From Massalongia carnosa (Eukaryota), in assembly GCA_965645245.1 (NCBI GenBank), contig OZ287074.1, positions 1,116,001 through 1,180,000 of the forward strand: a stretch of DNA of 64,000 nt, read 5' to 3'. The position numbers were made by a program, and so were the translations under genes. This document shows, piece by piece, positions 61,548 through 64,000 of this stretch; position 1 is the first letter of the stretch; each line of letters starts with the position of its first letter. Below the pieces are notes generated by a model, which was not told the origin of the DNA, ran no database searches, and saw only the letters and a program-made list of their open reading frames with translations.

Positions 61548-63550
61548 ATGGCAGACACCCACAGTGCCGGCCAAGGTGTAGCAGCAACGGAGAATCATAG
61601 CATAGCTGATCGTACAGCTGCCACAAATCATGACCAAAGGGAGGCCCAAGAACCCTCGAAGAACGCGCTAAAGAAAGCGGCAAAGCAAGAGAAGCTCGCG
61701 GCGGAAAAGGCAAATAAACCTGCGTCGAAGAATACCAAAGACATTGGTAAAGCCGAGGCCAAGAAGGGTCCCACCACCAAAGGCCCTAAGAAGCCTGCCG
61801 ACGGCCCATTGATTGGGATCAATGCGGCCAAAGAGGATGACTTTTCGACGTGGTATCAGCAAGTCCTTACCAAGGGTGATATGCTGGACTACTACGACGT
61901 CTCTGGGTGCTATATACTAAAGGTTCGTCGGAATATAACTGGACGATCAGGTGGAATTCTCAATTAATTTGCCTTAGCCTGCCGCATTTTTTATTTGGGA
62001 AGAAGTGCAAGAATGGTTCAACAAAAAGATTAAGAGCATTGGCGTAAAAAATTGCTCATTTCCAATGTTCGTCTCGCAAGACGTGCTGGAAAGGGAAAAG
62101 GACCATATAGAAGGATTTGCGGCCGAAGTGGCCTGGGTTACCCATGCGTAAGTGTTTTGGAGCCTCTGCTCGATTTAGTTGCAGAGTGTTGCCAGTTGCA
62201 CTTACATGGCTTCTAGAGGCAATACGCCCCTCGAAAAGAAAATTGCAATCCGCCCAACATCAGAAACGGTCATGTACCCGTATTACGCCAAATGGATACG
62301 AAGCCATCGAGACCTTCCACTTAAGTTGAATCAATGGAACTCAGTAGTTCGGTGGGAGTTCAAGCACCCTCAACCATTTCTGCGCACACGGGAGTTCCTT
62401 TGGCAAGAGGGGCACACTGCACATCTCACCCGAGAAGGTGCGGGACAGGAGGTTCTGCAAATTCTAGAATGGTATGCAGGCGTCTACGAGGAATTGCTTG
62501 CCGTTCCGGTGATTCGAGGGCGGAAGACGGAGAAGGAAAAGTTCGCGGGTGGACTGTACACAACGACAGTAGAAGGGTACATCCCCACGACTGGAAGAGG
62601 CATCCAGGGTGGTACCAGCCATTGCTTGGGCCAAAACTTTAGTAAAATGTTCGGCATCACCGTTGAGGATCCCTCAGCTAAAGAAGGAGAGAAGAAGCCT
62701 CCCTTGCATGTATGGCAGAACTCATGGGGCCTATCCACTCGTGTCATTGGCGTCATGGTCATGATCCACGGTGATGACCGCGGTCTTGTGCTTCCTCCGC
62801 GTGTTGTCGAAACTCAAGTTATTATCATTCCTGTAGGAGTCACGGCAAAATCGAGCGAGGAAGAAAAATCCTCGCTTCACGCGCAATGCGAAGCGCTAGC
62901 CGCGATGCTTAGAGCCGTTGGCGTTCGGGTGGAAATCGACCAGCGAGACGGCTACTCTCCCGGCTACAAGTTTAACGACTGGGAACAAAAGGGTGTGCCG
63001 CTGCGCCTTGAATTCGGCCCCGGCGAAATTGCGGGCCATTTCGTTACAACGTCGCGCCGTGACGTCCCCGGCAAGGAAGGCAAGGGCAGGATCCTCATCA
63101 CAGAGCTAGACAAGGAAGTCCCTGCGCTGCTGGACACCATCCAAGCGGATCTCTATCGCCGCGCGGACGAGAAGTTCAAATCGCACACGAAGCAAATCAC
63201 CGAGTGGGAGGATTTCGTGCCCACACTCAACGGCAAGAACGTTATCCTGATCCCGCACTGCTTGACGGAGAAATGCGAGGACGAGATCAAAGATCTGAGC
63301 GCGAGGAAAGAGGTCGACGACGATACCCCCGAGGACGCCAAAGCGCCGAGCATGGGCGCCAAAAGCTTGTGCATTCCGTTCGAGCAGCCGGACGGCATCA
63401 CCAAAGAGACTAAATGCACGAATCCTAACTGCAGCAATCCGGCCGAGAAATGGTGCCTGTTTGGCCGTAAGATCCCCATCCATCTCGTTCCATTGCCAAC
63501 TCGCTTTCAGCGTGCCAGAGCACTAACATTTCGTTGCAGGCAGCTACTGA
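61548..63550 (+). CDS. Cytosolic prolyl-tRNA synthetase (eukaryote/archaeal type)
   Basis: [47 protein letters not shown] and GAKSLCIPF motifs and terminal FGRSY*; 3 introns. Confidence 0.96.
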
Positions 63551-64000
63551 GTTGGTCCGCGCGATGACAGTCCAGATCTGCATGAGGAGGAGGCACGGTA
63601 GAATACGCAGGCCATGCATCAGAAGCGAGAAAATCAATACATGTACATGATGGTCATGAACGTCATGTTGTCAATGAGACATGAAACGTCGGGATCAATT
63701 CTTTTTCAAAACGTAGGCCACTATCTACCTACCTGTGTACATACGATGACCTTCCTCTGTCCAAGTCGTTTCGCCCCATCTCATCTTCTCTCCCCAACCT
63801 CTACGTCTTTCCAACCCCTATCCATCCCTCCATTCATCCCCCCCTTTCGACAACAACCCAAAGAGAAACGAGTCTCCCAACGCCAGCAGTGAGCAATTGG
63901 CTACCATAGCTAACCATAGAAGGGTAGCCGTCCATCGGGCTACTTAGGAAACTTTACTTCTAGATCCAGATACATAGGGTAAATACCGTACTCGCCCTTG

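Noticed and set aside
1..64000. tRNA, rRNA, telomeric repeats, PKS/NRPS backbone genes
   Set aside because: None recognised by eye; small ncRNAs cannot be excluded without covariance-model searches

Overview
Nuclear DNA of a filamentous ascomycete (Pezizomycotina; short GT-AG introns with CTRAC branch points; a lichen-forming or related lineage is a guess). The window has a core-gene backbone: SEN34, VPS15, BCP1, ARO7, MDV1/CAF4, TCP1, an SH3 membrane protein and cytosolic ProRS. The first ~25 kb is accessory-like: an MFS gene with one in-frame TAG, a CorA-like protein, two APC amino-acid permeases, a TauD/clavaminate-synthase-like dioxygenase and a divergent pyruvate carboxylase with ~19 introns. 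Mobile DNA comprises a full-length Tc1/mariner (DD37E) with TIRs plus a second remnant, a Mutator-like element with TIRs and an 8-bp TSD, a 5'-truncated Tad1-like LINE with a 13-bp TSD, a probable LTR end and a tiny MITE-like hairpin. Several single-copy-type genes (MFS, F-box-like, GNAT, aldo-keto reductase) are decaying, largely by G>A/C>T changes that often fall in GG/CC context. The best leads are the co-oriented permease + Fe/2OG dioxygenase + second pyruvate carboxylase module and the apparent CpC-biased RIP-like signature. All calls come from manual reading and translation; no database searches were run and some exon boundaries are approximate.
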